Part shown: piece after piece, positions 12,368-23,632 of the stretch | How the letters are laid out: the number at the start of each line of letters is the position of its first letter | Position numbering within the stretch: the stretch's first letter is position 1 | DNA from: Alphaproteobacteria bacterium | GTDB taxonomy: Bacteria; Pseudomonadota; Alphaproteobacteria; SHVV01 | Direction: 5' to 3' | DNA: 64,000 nucleotides | Assembly: GCA_965261735.1 (NCBI GenBank) | Contig: OZ253470.1 | Location: forward strand, 3,904,001 to 3,968,000 | The notes under the pieces: generated by a model | The model's input: only the letters and a program-made list of their open reading frames with translations | Told to the model about the DNA's origin: nothing | Databases searched by the model: none | Program-made: the position numbers and the translations under genes

Positions 12368-13093
12368 CTAGTAGTGCTTGTAGGTGTGCCACTGCTGGTA
12401 ATAGAGATCACCTGTGTGCGCGCACGTGAAGCGCAACGCGTTCTGCTCGCGTGCGGTCGTGGCGTAGCGCGTAAACGCGATGGGTCCCAGGCTGCCGTGC
12501 TCCTCCTCGACGTGGGAGGCATGGACGGCGATCGATTGCAGGCCGTTCTCGCTGATGTCGTAGTTCTTGCGCAGGGCCTTCTCGACCCGGGCAAATATCT
12601 GCGGGTTGATGCGCTCGGCCGAGAACGACAGGGCGGCGACCGACTCGGCGAGCGAGCGCCGCGTCATCACGACCTCGAACCAGTGAGCGAGCGCCCAGGT
12701 TTCGGGCCGGATCTGCTCGGCGTCGCGGCGCTCGGGCGTCCAGCCGAGCTCGGTGAAGGTGCGCTCGAACAGCTCGACGTGGCCGGCCGTGCCCGACTCC
12801 GTGCCGAGCTCCTCCTCCATGAGGTTTTCGAGCAGCATGCGGCGCAGGTCCTCGTCCTGGCAGCGCGCGTACATGTCGCCAACGAGGATGTTCGTCGGAT
12901 TGGCCCAACAGGTGATCTGAAAGATCCAGCCCGCGATCTGCTCCCGCGTCACCTCGCCCTTCTCGAGGCCGAGGACCACCGGGTGGGTACGCCGATTACG
13001 AACCGGGTTGTCGAGAATCCCGTCGAGCTCGGCAACAAGATCGTCGATGCTGATCGCCTCATCGCGATAAGTCACGCCCACGGGTGCATGCAT
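12368..13093 (-). CDS. Heme-oxygenase-like diiron enzyme (CADD/PqqC/TenA superfamily)
   Basis: LLENLMEEE...GHVELF, then an Glu, then VHASHVEEEH as candidate metal ligands; GGAGG RBS before the ATG at 13093. Confidence 0.75.
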   Translation of the reverse strand: MHAPVGVTYRDEAISIDDLVAELDGILDNPVRNRRTHPVVLGLEKGEVTREQIAGWIFQITCWANPTNILVGDMYARCQDEDLRRMLLENLMEEELGTESGTAGHVELFERTFTELGWTPERRDAEQIRPETWALAHWFEVVMTRRSLAESVAALSFSAERINPQIFARVEKALRKNYDISENGLQSIAVHASHVEEEHGSLGPIAFTRYATTAREQNALRFTCAHTGDLYYQQWHTYKHY

Positions 13094-13176
13094 TGTGTCC
13101 TCCCGTTGCAAGGGTTACGGCCAAGCCGGGCATGGGCGCCGCCTCCGCGCGCGATGGCTGCGGCGCCCCCGCCGGT

Positions 13177-14187
13177 TCAGCTTTTGGGGCTCGGGATGAA
13201 TTCGTTAGTATAGAAGTCCTCGGCCTTGGCACCCGCCTTTAGCACACCGGCTTCGACCATGGTCTCGACCGCCTTGGCCCAATCCGCGGGCGGCTGGAAG
13301 CCGAACGGCTTGCCTTGGGTGTTTTGGGTGTAGAAGAACGGGCGAAACGCCTCGAGCTGCTTTTTCAGATATTCTCGATCGAGCTTGGCCCCGGGGCGCG
13401 CCTTCTTGATAGCGTCCACCGCCTCATCCGCGTGACCGTCGAGCACGTATTCCCATGCCCTGAGCGATACCTCGACAAAGGCGCGCACGGCGTCCGGACG
13501 CTTCTTGATCACCTCCTCGCCCGCGATCAGACCCAGGCTCGGCGAGGGCAGTCCGTGATCGGCGAAGAGCAGGAAGCTCGACGGCCGCTTGGTCTCGATT
13601 AGCGGTACTGCGAAGGGTACCAGCGTGATGACGGCATCGGCTGCGCCGGCCGCGTAGGAGGCGACCTTCGCCTGCGCCGTCACGTACTGGAGATTGATCT
13701 TGTCCTTGCTCGTACCGCCGTTCTTGAAAAAGGCTTCAAGGAAGGGCTGATCGCCGCCGCCGGCGGTGGTCAGCACGGCTTTGCCTTCCAGATCCTTCAA
13801 GCTTTTGATGCCGGAATCCTTGGGCACGATGGCCCCGGCATCGTTCTTGCGCACGATTCCCGCGATCGCCTTGACCGGCATGCCCTTGTCGCGTCCCGGC
13901 GCCATCGCCGAGTGCATGGCGAATCCGACGTCGTAGCCGCCGGTGGCGACCATCTGAATGGTGACCGACGAGCCCGTGCCGTCATCGACCGTCACGTCGA
14001 GCCCGCGTTCCTTGTACCAACCCTTCTCGACCGCGAGGTGGAAGGGCGCATGCAGCATGTAGGCGACCCAGTCGACGCGCATGGTGAGCTTTTCGAGCGC
14101 CTGCGCGGGCGCCATCCCGCCTGTGGCCGCGAGGATCAGCAGGGCACCAAGCGTCAACATACCGGCAAAGCGCATAAGGCGTGGCAT
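13177..14187 (-). CDS. NMT1/THI5-like ABC substrate-binding protein
   Basis: Signal peptide (AQA), LTMRVDW...HAPFHLAVEKGWYKERGLDV, DFYTNEFI; AGGGAGG RBS. Confidence 0.85.
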   Translation of the reverse strand: MPRLMRFAGMLTLGALLILAATGGMAPAQALEKLTMRVDWVAYMLHAPFHLAVEKGWYKERGLDVTVDDGTGSSVTIQMVATGGYDVGFAMHSAMAPGRDKGMPVKAIAGIVRKNDAGAIVPKDSGIKSLKDLEGKAVLTTAGGGDQPFLEAFFKNGGTSKDKINLQYVTAQAKVASYAAGAADAVITLVPFAVPLIETKRPSSFLLFADHGLPSPSLGLIAGEEVIKKRPDAVRAFVEVSLRAWEYVLDGHADEAVDAIKKARPGAKLDREYLKKQLEAFRPFFYTQNTQGKPFGFQPPADWAKAVETMVEAGVLKAGAKAEDFYTNEFIPSPKS

Positions 14188-14343
14188 GGCAACCTCCCTT
14201 GGTCGCGGAGCGGCGCGCCGTTTCGTGCTGAGCCTCCGTGGGAAGGCGGACGAAAGCAAGCGCACCCTCCACTTCGCTACAGTGCGATCATGAACCCTTT
14301 TTCACGGCGGAGTCGAGCGCAACGCGAGCGTGCCGCGGCGAAC

Positions 14344-14730
14344 TCACGCGGCCGAGGACATGATGCGGGTGCGGCCCGCGCCGCGTAGCAGGCTGATGCG
14401 ATCGACCGACGCCGGATTGAAATACTTGCGGCAGACGGCAATGGCGGTCTCCTCCGAGAACGCCTTGCACGAGAAGATGTCGAGGTAGATGTCGCCGCTC
14501 GCCTCGGCGAAGTGGGCCGTGATGCTCGAGGTCTCGATGAGCTGCACGAGCGAATAGCCGGCGGCCGCCGGGTTATGCGCCGCGAAGTGGGCGATCATCG
14601 GCTCACCGAAGGCTGTCATGCCGATGGCGCCGACGAGCTCATCGCAGAACGCGCGGATCGTCTCTGCGTCGGCGACGGCTCGGCGGTCCGCCCCACCGAT
14701 GTCGAGAATAAGGTGCTGACCCCACATCAT
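14344..14730 (-). CDS. S-adenosylmethionine decarboxylase-family pyruvoyl proenzyme
   Basis: WGQHLILD, LIETSSITAH self-cleavage region, YLDIFSCK. Confidence 0.8.
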   Translation of the reverse strand: MMWGQHLILDIGGADRRAVADAETIRAFCDELVGAIGMTAFGEPMIAHFAAHNPAAAGYSLVQLIETSSITAHFAEASGDIYLDIFSCKAFSEETAIAVCRKYFNPASVDRISLLRGAGRTRIMSSAA

Positions 14731-14844
14731 CGCCTGACCTCTTCGGGCCTCGCAGCCACCAGCCCGTGGGGGACCAGACAATAGTCCGAACGCACCAGCG
14801 TGCAAGCATGAAAACCGGCAGCGACGATCCGGCGCAGGCCCGGG

Positions 14845-15963
<1,119 letters not shown>

Positions 15964-16108
15964 TTACGAGCCGCGGGCCCACCAGACAATGACTATGGAT
16001 TGACGGCGTGCGCCGGATCAGCCGCCCGCGGCGGCATTGCCCGGGGCCGGCGGTGCCCATAAGATCGCCGTTGGCATACGCGCGCGCGGCACAATAAGGG
16101 CGAGCACC

Positions 16109-19100
16109 GTGACGGAGACTGTCTCAAAGTCAGAGAGGGGGGCGCCGGAGGAGGCCCTGCCATCCCCGGCATCCAAAGCTCCAACGGCGCAGCCTCGTGC
16201 CGCCGATCAAACGCTAAGATTCGTGACCGCGGCGAGCCTGTTCGACGGCCACGACGCCTCAATCAACGTCATTCGCCGCGTCCTCCAGGCGTCGGGCATC
16301 GAGGTCATCCATCTCGGCCACAATCGCTCCGTCGACGAGATCGTGACAGCTGCCCTCCAGGAGGATGCCCACGCCATCGCCGTCAGCTCCTATCAGGGTG
16401 GCCACGTCGAGTTCTTCACCTACATGATCGACCTGCTGGCGCGGCGTGGGGTGCCCCACGTCAAGGTGTTCGGTGGCGGTGGCGGCGTCATCGTGCCCGA
16501 CGAAATCAGTCAGCTCGAATCATACGGGGTCGTTCGCATCTACTCGCCCGAGCACGGCCAGCGCATGGGCCTCCAAGGCATTATCGACGACATGATCGAG
16601 CGCACGGGCGGCGATAACGCCGGCCGCGAGCCGATCGACATCGAGCGCCTGCAAGCTGGCGACGAGCGCGAGCTTGCCGGCCTCATCACGGCTCTCGAGA
16701 CCGGCCGGTTCGACGACAAACAGGTGCGGTCGCTGCATCGATTGGCGGGCACATGCACGGGCGTTCCGACGCTCGGCATCACCGGAACCGGTGGCGCCGG
16801 CAAGTCCTCGTTCACCGACGAGCTGCTGCGCCGCTGCCGCATTGACCGGCCCGACCTCCGCGTCGCCGTGTTGGCCATCGATCCCTCGAAGCGCGCGAGT
16901 GGCGGCAGCCTGCTCGGCGATCGTATCCGCATGAACGCGCTAGCGTCCGGGGCCACGTTCATGCGCTCGTTCGCGACCCGCGGGTCGGGGCGCGAGGTCG
17001 CGGCCTGCGTGCCCGACGCGGTCGCCGCGTGCAAGGTGGCGGGCTACCAGCTCATCCTCGTGGAAACCGTCGGGATCGGCCAGGGCGACTCGGCGGTCGA
17101 GCGGCTGGCTGACGCCTCGATCTACGTGATGACCCCCGAGTATGGGGCCGCGAGCCAGCTCGAGAAGATCGACATGATCGACTTCGCCGACCTCATCGCG
17201 ATCAACAAGTTCGATCGCCGCGGCGCGCTCGACGCGCTCAGGGACGTGCGCAAGCAGGTGCAGCGCAGCCGCCGCGCTTTTGACCGGCCGCTCGAGGACA
17301 TGCCGGTCTATGGCACCGTCGCCTCGCACTTCAACGACGACGGCATGACCGCGTTCTATCACGGCCTCCTCGGGGTCCTCGCGGCCAAGGGGTTCGCCGT
17401 GTGGCCGAGCCGCCTCGAGGGCGCGGCGAGCAAATATTCCAGCCACCGAGCCGGCATCGTCCCGGCCGAGCGTGACCGCTACCTGGCCGAGGTCGCGGGA
17501 ACCATCCGCGCCTACCACGCCGTATCCGCCGACCAGGCGAAAATCGCGCGCGAGCGCCAGCAGCTGCGGGCGGCGCGGCGCATGATCGAGGACGCGAACG
17601 CCGGTATCGATAGCGCGGCCCTCGACGGACTCATTGCCGAGCGCGATGCGGCGCTTGACGCGGACTCACGGGCGCTGCTTGAGGCGTGGCCCGAGGTGCG
17701 CGCCACGTATGGCGGCAGCGGGCAGATGGCTGGTTCGGGCGAGATCGGCCCAGCATTGGCGACGGTGAGCCTCTCGGGCACGTCGATCCCCAAGGTGGCG
17801 CTGCCGCGCTACGAGGACGAGGGCGAGCTGCTGCGCTGGCTACGGGCCGAAAACGTGCCGGGCGCGTTCCCGTTCACCGCCGGGGTCTTTACCTTCAAGC
17901 GCGCGAGCGAGGACCCGACCCGCATGTTCGCGGGTGAGGGCGACCCGCTCCGTACCAACCAGCGCTTCAAGCATCTGTCACGCGACATGCCGTCGAAGCG
18001 CCTGTCGACGGCGTTCGACTCGGTGACCCTCTATGGCGCCGATCCCGACGAGCGCCCCGACATCTACGGCAAGGTCGGCAACGCCGGGGTGTCGATCGCG
18101 ACGCTGGACGACATGGAGGTCCTGTACGACGGGTTCGACCTGTGCGACCCGGCGACGTCGGTCTCGATGACGATCAACGGGCCGGCGCCGACGATCCTGG
18201 CCATGTTCCTCAACACCGCGGTCGACCAGCGCGTGGCGGGGTTCACCGCCGAGCACGGGCGCGAGCCGGACGCGGACGAGCACGCAGGGCTGCGCGCGTT
18301 CGCGCTCGAGAACGTGCGCGGCACCGTCCAGGCCGACATCCTCAAGGAGGACCAGGGCCAGAACACCTGCCTGTTCTCGACCGAGTTCAGCCTCAAGATG
18401 ATGGGCGACATCCAGGCCTACTTCATCGACAAGCGAGTGCAGAACTTCTACTCGGTGTCGATTTCCGGCTACCACATCGCCGAAGCCGGCGCCAACCCCA
18501 TCTCCCAGCTCGCCTTCACCCTTGCCGACGGCTTCACCTACGTCGAGGCCTATCTGGCGCGAGGCATGGCGATCGACGACTTCGCGCCGAGCCTCTCGTT
18601 CTTCTTCTCGGCGGGGCTCGACCCTGAGTACACGGTGCTCGGACGCGTCGCGCGGCGCATCTGGGCGATCGCGATGCGCGACAAGTACGGCGCCGCCGAG
18701 CGCGGCCAGAAGCTCAAATATCATATGCAGACCTCGGGCCGTTCCCTGCACGCCCAGGAGTTCGACTTCAACGACATTCGCACGACGCTTCAGGCGCTGA
18801 TCGCGTCCTACGACAATTGCAACAGCCTCCACACCAATGCCTACGACGAGGCGATTACCACGCCGACGGAGGCCTCGGTGCGGCGCGCCATGGCGATCCA
18901 GCTCATCATCAACAAAGAGTGGGGGCTGGCGAAGAACGAGAATCCCAACCAGGGGTCGTTCATCATGGACGAGCTCACCGACCTGGTCGAGGAGGCGGTG
19001 CTCGAGGAGTTCGAGCGCCTAAGCGAGCGCGGCGGGGTCCTCGGCGCCATGGAGGCGGGCTACCAGCGCGGCAAGATCCAGGACGAATCGCTCCACTACG

Positions 19101-19414
19101 AGACGCTCAAGCACGACGGCCGGCTGCCGGTCGTCGGCGTCAACACCTTCCGCAACCCGGCGCCAGCCGAGGCCGCCCCCGTCGAGCTCCAGCGCTCGAC
19201 GGGGGAAGAGAAGAAGAGCCAGATCGCGCGCCTGCGCGACTTCCAGGGCCGCCACGAAGGCGAGGCCCCGGCCATGCTCGAACGCCTCAAGGAAGCGGCC
19301 GCACACGGCGAGAACGCGTTCGCCGTGCTGATGGAGGCGGTGCGCTCCTGCTCCCTCGGCCAGATCACCGACGCCCTCTTCGAGGTCGGCGGCCAGTACC
19401 GGCGGAATATGTGA
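16109..19414 (+). CDS. icmF: Fused isobutyryl-CoA mutase/G-protein chaperone IcmF
   Basis: B12-binding FDGHD, MeaB-like GTPase GTGGAGKSS, mutase barrel, C-terminal GGQYRRNM; start uncertain (16037-16109). Confidence 0.93.
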   Translation: MTETVSKSERGAPEEALPSPASKAPTAQPRAADQTLRFVTAASLFDGHDASINVIRRVLQASGIEVIHLGHNRSVDEIVTAALQEDAHAIAVSSYQGGHVEFFTYMIDLLARRGVPHVKVFGGGGGVIVPDEISQLESYGVVRIYSPEHGQRMGLQGIIDDMIERTGGDNAGREPIDIERLQAGDERELAGLITALETGRFDDKQVRSLHRLAGTCTGVPTLGITGTGGAGKSSFTDELLRRCRIDRPDLRVAVLAIDPSKRASGGSLLGDRIRMNALASGATFMRSFATRGSGREVAACVPDAVAACKVAGYQLILVETVGIGQGDSAVERLADASIYVMTPEYGAASQLEKIDMIDFADLIAINKFDRRGALDALRDVRKQVQRSRRAFDRPLEDMPVYGTVASHFNDDGMTAFYHGLLGVLAAKGFAVWPSRLEGAASKYSSHRAGIVPAERDRYLAEVAGTIRAYHAVSADQAKIARERQQLRAARRMIEDANAGIDSAALDGLIAERDAALDADSRALLEAWPEVRATYGGSGQMAGSGEIGPALATVSLSGTSIPKVALPRYEDEGELLRWLRAENVPGAFPFTAGVFTFKRASEDPTRMFAGEGDPLRTNQRFKHLSRDMPSKRLSTAFDSVTLYGADPDERPDIYGKVGNAGVSIATLDDMEVLYDGFDLCDPATSVSMTINGPAPTILAMFLNTAVDQRVAGFTAEHGREPDADEHAGLRAFALENVRGTVQADILKEDQGQNTCLFSTEFSLKMMGDIQAYFIDKRVQNFYSVSISGYHIAEAGANPISQLAFTLADGFTYVEAYLARGMAIDDFAPSLSFFFSAGLDPEYTVLGRVARRIWAIAMRDKYGAAERGQKLKYHMQTSGRSLHAQEFDFNDIRTTLQALIASYDNCNSLHTNAYDEAITTPTEASVRRAMAIQLIINKEWGLAKNENPNQGSFIMDELTDLVEEAVLEEFERLSERGGVLGAMEAGYQRGKIQDESLHYETLKHDGRLPVVGVNTFRNPAPAEAAPVELQRSTGEEKKSQIARLRDFQGRHEGEAPAMLERLKEAAAHGENAFAVLMEAVRSCSLGQITDALFEVGGQYRRNM

Positions 19415-19507
19415 AGATTGCGTGCGACGATCAGGATTATCTCGTTCCGGAGAGCAACGCGTGAAGAAAGATAAAAATATCAAGACCTACTCGGGAAAGG
19501 AGCCTGA
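19415..19507 (+). pseudogene. brnT: BrnT toxin 3' remnant
   Basis: Reads RLRATIRIISFRRATREER*KYQDLLGKGA*, matching the BrnT C-terminal IRIISxRxA motif; no 5' part; overlaps the brnA start. Confidence 0.7.
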
Positions 19508-19793
19508 GGCGGTGCGCGCCCATGAAGGCGGCCGCAAGGATTGGAACAAGGTTGACACCATGTCCGAGGCAGAACTGAAGCGGCTGATCGCCGAGGACGA
19601 AGGTGAGCGTGGCCTCAGGCCTGATTGGACGAGAGCAAGGATCGTCCTGCCTGAGCCCAAGCGGTCTGTCCACCTCCGCCTCGAGCGGGATATCATCGAA
19701 TTCTTCAAGGCGCGGGGCAAAGGACACATCACCCGCATGCAAGCGGTCCTACGCGCGTACGTGGACGCGCACAAGGACGAACACCACCCGTAA
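19461..19793 (+). CDS. brnA: BrnA antitoxin family protein
   Basis: DW.KVD.M, PKRSVHLRLERDIIEFFKARGKGHITRMQAVLRAY (RHH-like C-terminus). Confidence 0.85.
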   Translation: MKKDKNIKTYSGKEPEAVRAHEGGRKDWNKVDTMSEAELKRLIAEDEGERGLRPDWTRARIVLPEPKRSVHLRLERDIIEFFKARGKGHITRMQAVLRAYVDAHKDEHHP

Positions 19794-19879
19794 GCCCGAC
19801 CCATTGCGGCCACGGTCGAAAACGCGTGGCGGTGCTGAGGGAAGCCTGCGCCGCTGCCCTTGGAGCCAGATCGGATTAG

Positions 19880-20182
19880 TCACGCGGCCCTGGCGGAACG
19901 CGGCTTGACGGCTGCCGTGATCTCCTTTCCGGACCGCCGCTCGGCGACCTTGAGGTCGTGGCTCTGCTGAAGATTGAGCCAAAACCGGGGTGAGGTGCCG
20001 AAATAGCGTGCGAGCCTGAGCGCGGTGTCCGCGGTGATACCGCGGGTGCCGCGCAAGATCGCCGTGACCCTGTTCGTCGGCACGCCGAGAGCCTTTGCGA
20101 AGGCATTGGCCGACATCTCAAGCTCCTTGATCTCTTCTTTGAGTATCTCGCCGGGGTGTACTGGACGCATTGTGTTGGGCAT
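19880..20182 (-). CDS. higA: HigA family antitoxin
   Basis: PVHPGEILKEE...ITADTALRLARYFGTSPRFWLNLQ. Confidence 0.93.
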   Translation of the reverse strand: MPNTMRPVHPGEILKEEIKELEMSANAFAKALGVPTNRVTAILRGTRGITADTALRLARYFGTSPRFWLNLQQSHDLKVAERRSGKEITAAVKPRSARAA

Positions 20183-20191
20183 GGCCGGTCC

Positions 20192-20470
20192 TCAATGGTA
20201 ATCGGTGATTTCGACGTTGTGGACGTCTTCGTCGATCCATTCAAATCAGATACGCCACTGACGGTTGATACGGATGCTGTACTGTCCCTTCCGGTCGCCG
20301 TGCAGGGCCTCGAAGTGATTCGAAGGGAGCCGCATGAGGTCGTTCAGCGAGGTAGCGACATCGAGGACCTGGAGCCGCCGGATTGCCTGCTGCTGAAAAA
20401 GCTGGAATTCCTTCACACGTTGCCCGCCATAAAGCGCCTCGGTTCGCTTGCTGCGGAACGATCTAATCAC
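20192..20470 (-). pseudogene. higB: HigB (RelE/ParE-like) toxin with a premature stop
   Basis: GTG start; YSIRINRQWRI*FEWIDEDVHNVEITDYH*. TGA at 20246-20248 removes the conserved C-terminal DYH. Confidence 0.88.
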
Positions 20471-20532
20471 GCACCAGCCTACCACTGTTATCTTATACGT
20501 AAAGCGTAAACACCCGAAATGACGGTGATCGT

Positions 20533-21321
20533 CTAAGCTGCGGTGAAGCTCACCTCGACCACCCCCAGCGGGCCGAAGTCGGCGGTGACGGTGTCGCCGG
20601 GCTCGGCTGTTGCGACGACGTGGCAGCTGCCGGTGGTGACGTAATCGCCGGCGCTCAAGCGCTCGCCGCGGCGGGCGAGATCGTTGGCGAGCCAGGTGAG
20701 CGAGAGGACGGGATCGCCGAGCACGTTGGCGCCCTTACCCGTGGCCGCGATGGTGCCGCCGATACGCGTCACGACCTCGGCCTCGACGATGTCGAGGTCG
20801 CGCCACTCGGCGATCAGGCTGCCGGCGACCCAGTAGGCGCCGAACGTATTGTCGACGGTCATGAGTAGCGCGCCGATGCCGGTCGCGTTGGCGAAGCGCC
20901 AGTCGACGACCTCGATCGCCGGCACCAGCGTGGCGACCGCGTCCGTGACCTGCTCGCGGCTGTACGGCGCGCCGGCCGGCGGCAGGTCCTGGGCCATGCG
21001 GAAGGCGTATTCGGTCTCGATGCCGATGCGGAAGAGGGCGCAGGGGTTGATCGTCGCCGGGCTCGTGAACACGCGGCCCTCGATGAGGCGCCCCGAGAGG
21101 GGCTCGGTGATGTCGAAGCGCTTCTGGATGGCGGCGTTGGAGGCGGCGACCTTGTAGCCGACCGGAGCGCCGCCGAGGCCGGCCACGAACCGCGCCTGGA
21201 TAGCGTAGGCCTCGGCCAAAGTCCGCGGCCGGCAGGCCTCGGGCAGGTCCTGAAGCTGCTTGCGCTCGCGCTGCGCTGCCAGCATCAGCGCCGCCGCCTG
21301 CTCGATCGCGTCATCGTCCAT
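20533..21321 (-). CDS. 2-keto-4-pentenoate hydratase / FAH-family protein
   Basis: AYAIQ, GYKVA, IETEYAF, PAIEVVD.RF, LGDP...WLAN, TTGS. Confidence 0.85.
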   Translation of the reverse strand: MDDDAIEQAAALMLAAQRERKQLQDLPEACRPRTLAEAYAIQARFVAGLGGAPVGYKVAASNAAIQKRFDITEPLSGRLIEGRVFTSPATINPCALFRIGIETEYAFRMAQDLPPAGAPYSREQVTDAVATLVPAIEVVDWRFANATGIGALLMTVDNTFGAYWVAGSLIAEWRDLDIVEAEVVTRIGGTIAATGKGANVLGDPVLSLTWLANDLARRGERLSAGDYVTTGSCHVVATAEPGDTVTADFGPLGVVEVSFTAA

Positions 21322-21346
21322 TCGGCTTCCCCACGTAACTAGCTAT

Positions 21347-21356
21347 TTCTTAAGAA
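21347..21356. promoter_or_regulatory. Palindrome in an AT-rich divergent intergenic region; candidate MarR operator
   Basis: Perfect palindrome TTCTTAAGAA between the hydratase and MarR starts. Confidence 0.4.
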
Positions 21357-21440
21357 TTTTAGGGAAATATAGCCTAAGCCCGAACGAGCGACACGGCTCG
21401 ATTCGGGCGGCCACCCGGTGGCGTCAATCGCAGTGGACCC

Positions 21441-21986
21441 ATGGCTAGACAATCCCCTCAGGAGCTTTCGCCCGCCGACGCGGCGGAACTCGCGCGCCCC
21501 AGCCCAGCCGGCGCCAAGGCAAGCTATCTCGAGGCGCTGCTCCTCATCGAGCGCCTGCACCGCCGCTTCCTCGACGTGATCAAGCTCGAGCTCGAGCGGG
21601 TCGGGGTCAAGGACGTCAACAACGTCCAGGCGCTCATCCTCTACAACATCGGCGACGGCGAGATGACCGTGGGCGAACTCACGAGCCGCGGTTATTACCT
21701 CGGCTCGAACGTGTCCTACAACCTCAAGAAGCTGGTCGAGAACGGCTATCTGGTGCAGGAGCGCTCGTCCTTCGACCGACGCTCGGTCCGGGTCCGCTTG
21801 TCAACCAAGGGGCTCGGGCTCTATGGCCAGATCGACGACCTTTACGAGCGCCACGTCGCCGCCATCGACGCCTTCGAAGCCCGCGGCGACAACGGCATCG
21901 CGGCCGCCGAACTCGCCGCCCTCATCGAGGCGCTCCACAACCTCGAGCGCTTCTGGACCGATCAGGTCCGCTTCAACAACCGTTGA
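21441..21986 (+). CDS. MarR family regulator (LdtR-like)
   Basis: IERLHRRFLDVIKLELE...RGYYLGSNVSYNLKKL...DRRSVRVRL. Confidence 0.88.
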   Translation: MARQSPQELSPADAAELARPSPAGAKASYLEALLLIERLHRRFLDVIKLELERVGVKDVNNVQALILYNIGDGEMTVGELTSRGYYLGSNVSYNLKKLVENGYLVQERSSFDRRSVRVRLSTKGLGLYGQIDDLYERHVAAIDAFEARGDNGIAAAELAALIEALHNLERFWTDQVRFNNR

Positions 21987-21995
21987 GGCGCGGCG

Positions 21996-23219
21996 TCAGC
22001 CGCCGAAGGCGGCGATGCCGGTTTGCGCGCGCCCGAGAATCAGCGCGTGTACGTCGTGAGTGCCCTCATAGGTATTGACTGTCTCCAGGTTCAGGAGATG
22101 GCGAATCACGTGGTATTCGTCGACGATACCGTTGGCGCCGAGCATATCGCGCGCGGCGCGCGCGATGTCCAGCGCCTTGCCCGCCGAGTTGCGCTTGATG
22201 AGCGAGATCATCTCGTGGGTCATGCGGCCTTCGTCCATGAGGCGGCCGACTTGCAGGCACGCCTGCAGGCCGATGGCGATCTCGGTCTGCATGTCGGCGA
22301 GCTTCTTCTGGACCAGCTGATTGGCGGCGAGCGGGCGCCCGAACTGGACGCGCTCGAGGGTGTATTGGCGCGCCGTCTGCCAACAGAACTCGGCCGCGCC
22401 GAGTGCGCCCCAGGCGATGCTGAAGCGGGCCCGGTTGAGGCAGCTGAACGGCGCCTTGAGCCCCGTGGCCTGAGGCAGCTCGTTCTCCGCCGGCACGAAC
22501 ACGTCCTCCATGGCGACCATGCCGGTGATCGAGGCGCGCAGGCTGAACTTGCCCTCGATGACCGCCGTCGACAGGCCCTTCATCCCTTTCTCGAGGATGT
22601 AGCCGCGCACCACGCCGGCCTCGTTCTTGGCCCAAATGATAAAGACGTCGGCCACCGGAGCGTTCGAGATCCAGCTCTTGGTGCCGTTGAGGACGAAGCC
22701 GCCGTCGACGGCTCGGGCGCGGCTCTTCATGCCGCCGGGATCGGAGCCGAAATCGGGCTCGGTAAGGCCGAAGCAGCCGAGAATCTCGCCCTTCGCCATG
22801 CCGGGCAGGTACTTTTCGCGTTGCGCCTCCGAGCCGAAATCGTGAATCGAGGGCATGACCAGCGAGGACAGCACGCTGAGCGTCGAGCGGTAGGCGCTGT
22901 CGATACGCTCGAACTCGCGGGCGATCAGGCCATAGCTCACATAGCCGACGCCGGCGCAGCCGTACCCCTTGAGGGTGGCGCCGAGCATGCCGAGTTCACC
23001 CATCTCGCTGATGACCTCGCGCTCGAAGGTCTCGTGACGAAACGCCGCTACGATGCGCGGCATCAGTTTTTCCTGGCAGTAGGCACGCGCGGCATCGCGC
23101 ACGAGTCGCTCTTCCTCGCTCAGCTGACCCTCGAGGAGGAGCGGATCCTCCCACACGAACGCCGCTCGCCGATCCGCGTGACCGGCTCCGGGCTTCTTCG
23201 TGGCCGCGGGTGACCTCAT
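21996..23219 (-). CDS. gcdH: Glutaryl-CoA dehydrogenase-type acyl-CoA dehydrogenase
   Basis: [41 protein letters not shown]. Confidence 0.88.
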   Translation of the reverse strand: MRSPAATKKPGAGHADRRAAFVWEDPLLLEGQLSEEERLVRDAARAYCQEKLMPRIVAAFRHETFEREVISEMGELGMLGATLKGYGCAGVGYVSYGLIAREFERIDSAYRSTLSVLSSLVMPSIHDFGSEAQREKYLPGMAKGEILGCFGLTEPDFGSDPGGMKSRARAVDGGFVLNGTKSWISNAPVADVFIIWAKNEAGVVRGYILEKGMKGLSTAVIEGKFSLRASITGMVAMEDVFVPAENELPQATGLKAPFSCLNRARFSIAWGALGAAEFCWQTARQYTLERVQFGRPLAANQLVQKKLADMQTEIAIGLQACLQVGRLMDEGRMTHEMISLIKRNSAGKALDIARAARDMLGANGIVDEYHVIRHLLNLETVNTYEGTHDVHALILGRAQTGIAAFGG

Positions 23220-23224
23220 GGCCT

Positions 23225-23632
23225 CTAGCGTGCGGCGCTTTCGGGCGACACCACCGCGGTCGCTTCGACCTCGACCAGGGCTCGATCCTCGAGCAGAGCG
23301 GAGACCTCGAGCAGCGTCATCGCCGGGTAGTGATCGCCAATAACCTCGCGATAGATCTTGCCGAGCGCCAATCGGGAAGCCGCGTAGCGCCGCTTGTCGG
23401 TGACGTACCAGGTCAGGCGCACGAGATGGCGCGGCTCGGCTCCGGCTTCGGCGAGCACCGCGACGATGTTGACCAGGGCCTGATGGGCCTGTGACGCGAA
23501 TTCGTCGCTCTCGAACTCGCCCTTGGCGTTCCAGCCCGTTTGGCCGGCAACGAAGATCAACCGGCCCTCGGCGGCGACGCCGTTGGAGTAGCCCTTGGGT
23601 GGCGCCCAGCCCGCGGGATTGAGGATGTCCAT
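23225..23632 (-). CDS. RidA family protein
   Basis: [32 protein letters not shown]...VEVEATA. Confidence 0.88.
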   Translation of the reverse strand: MDILNPAGWAPPKGYSNGVAAEGRLIFVAGQTGWNAKGEFESDEFASQAHQALVNIVAVLAEAGAEPRHLVRLTWYVTDKRRYAASRLALGKIYREVIGDHYPAMTLLEVSALLEDRALVEVEATAVVSPESAAR

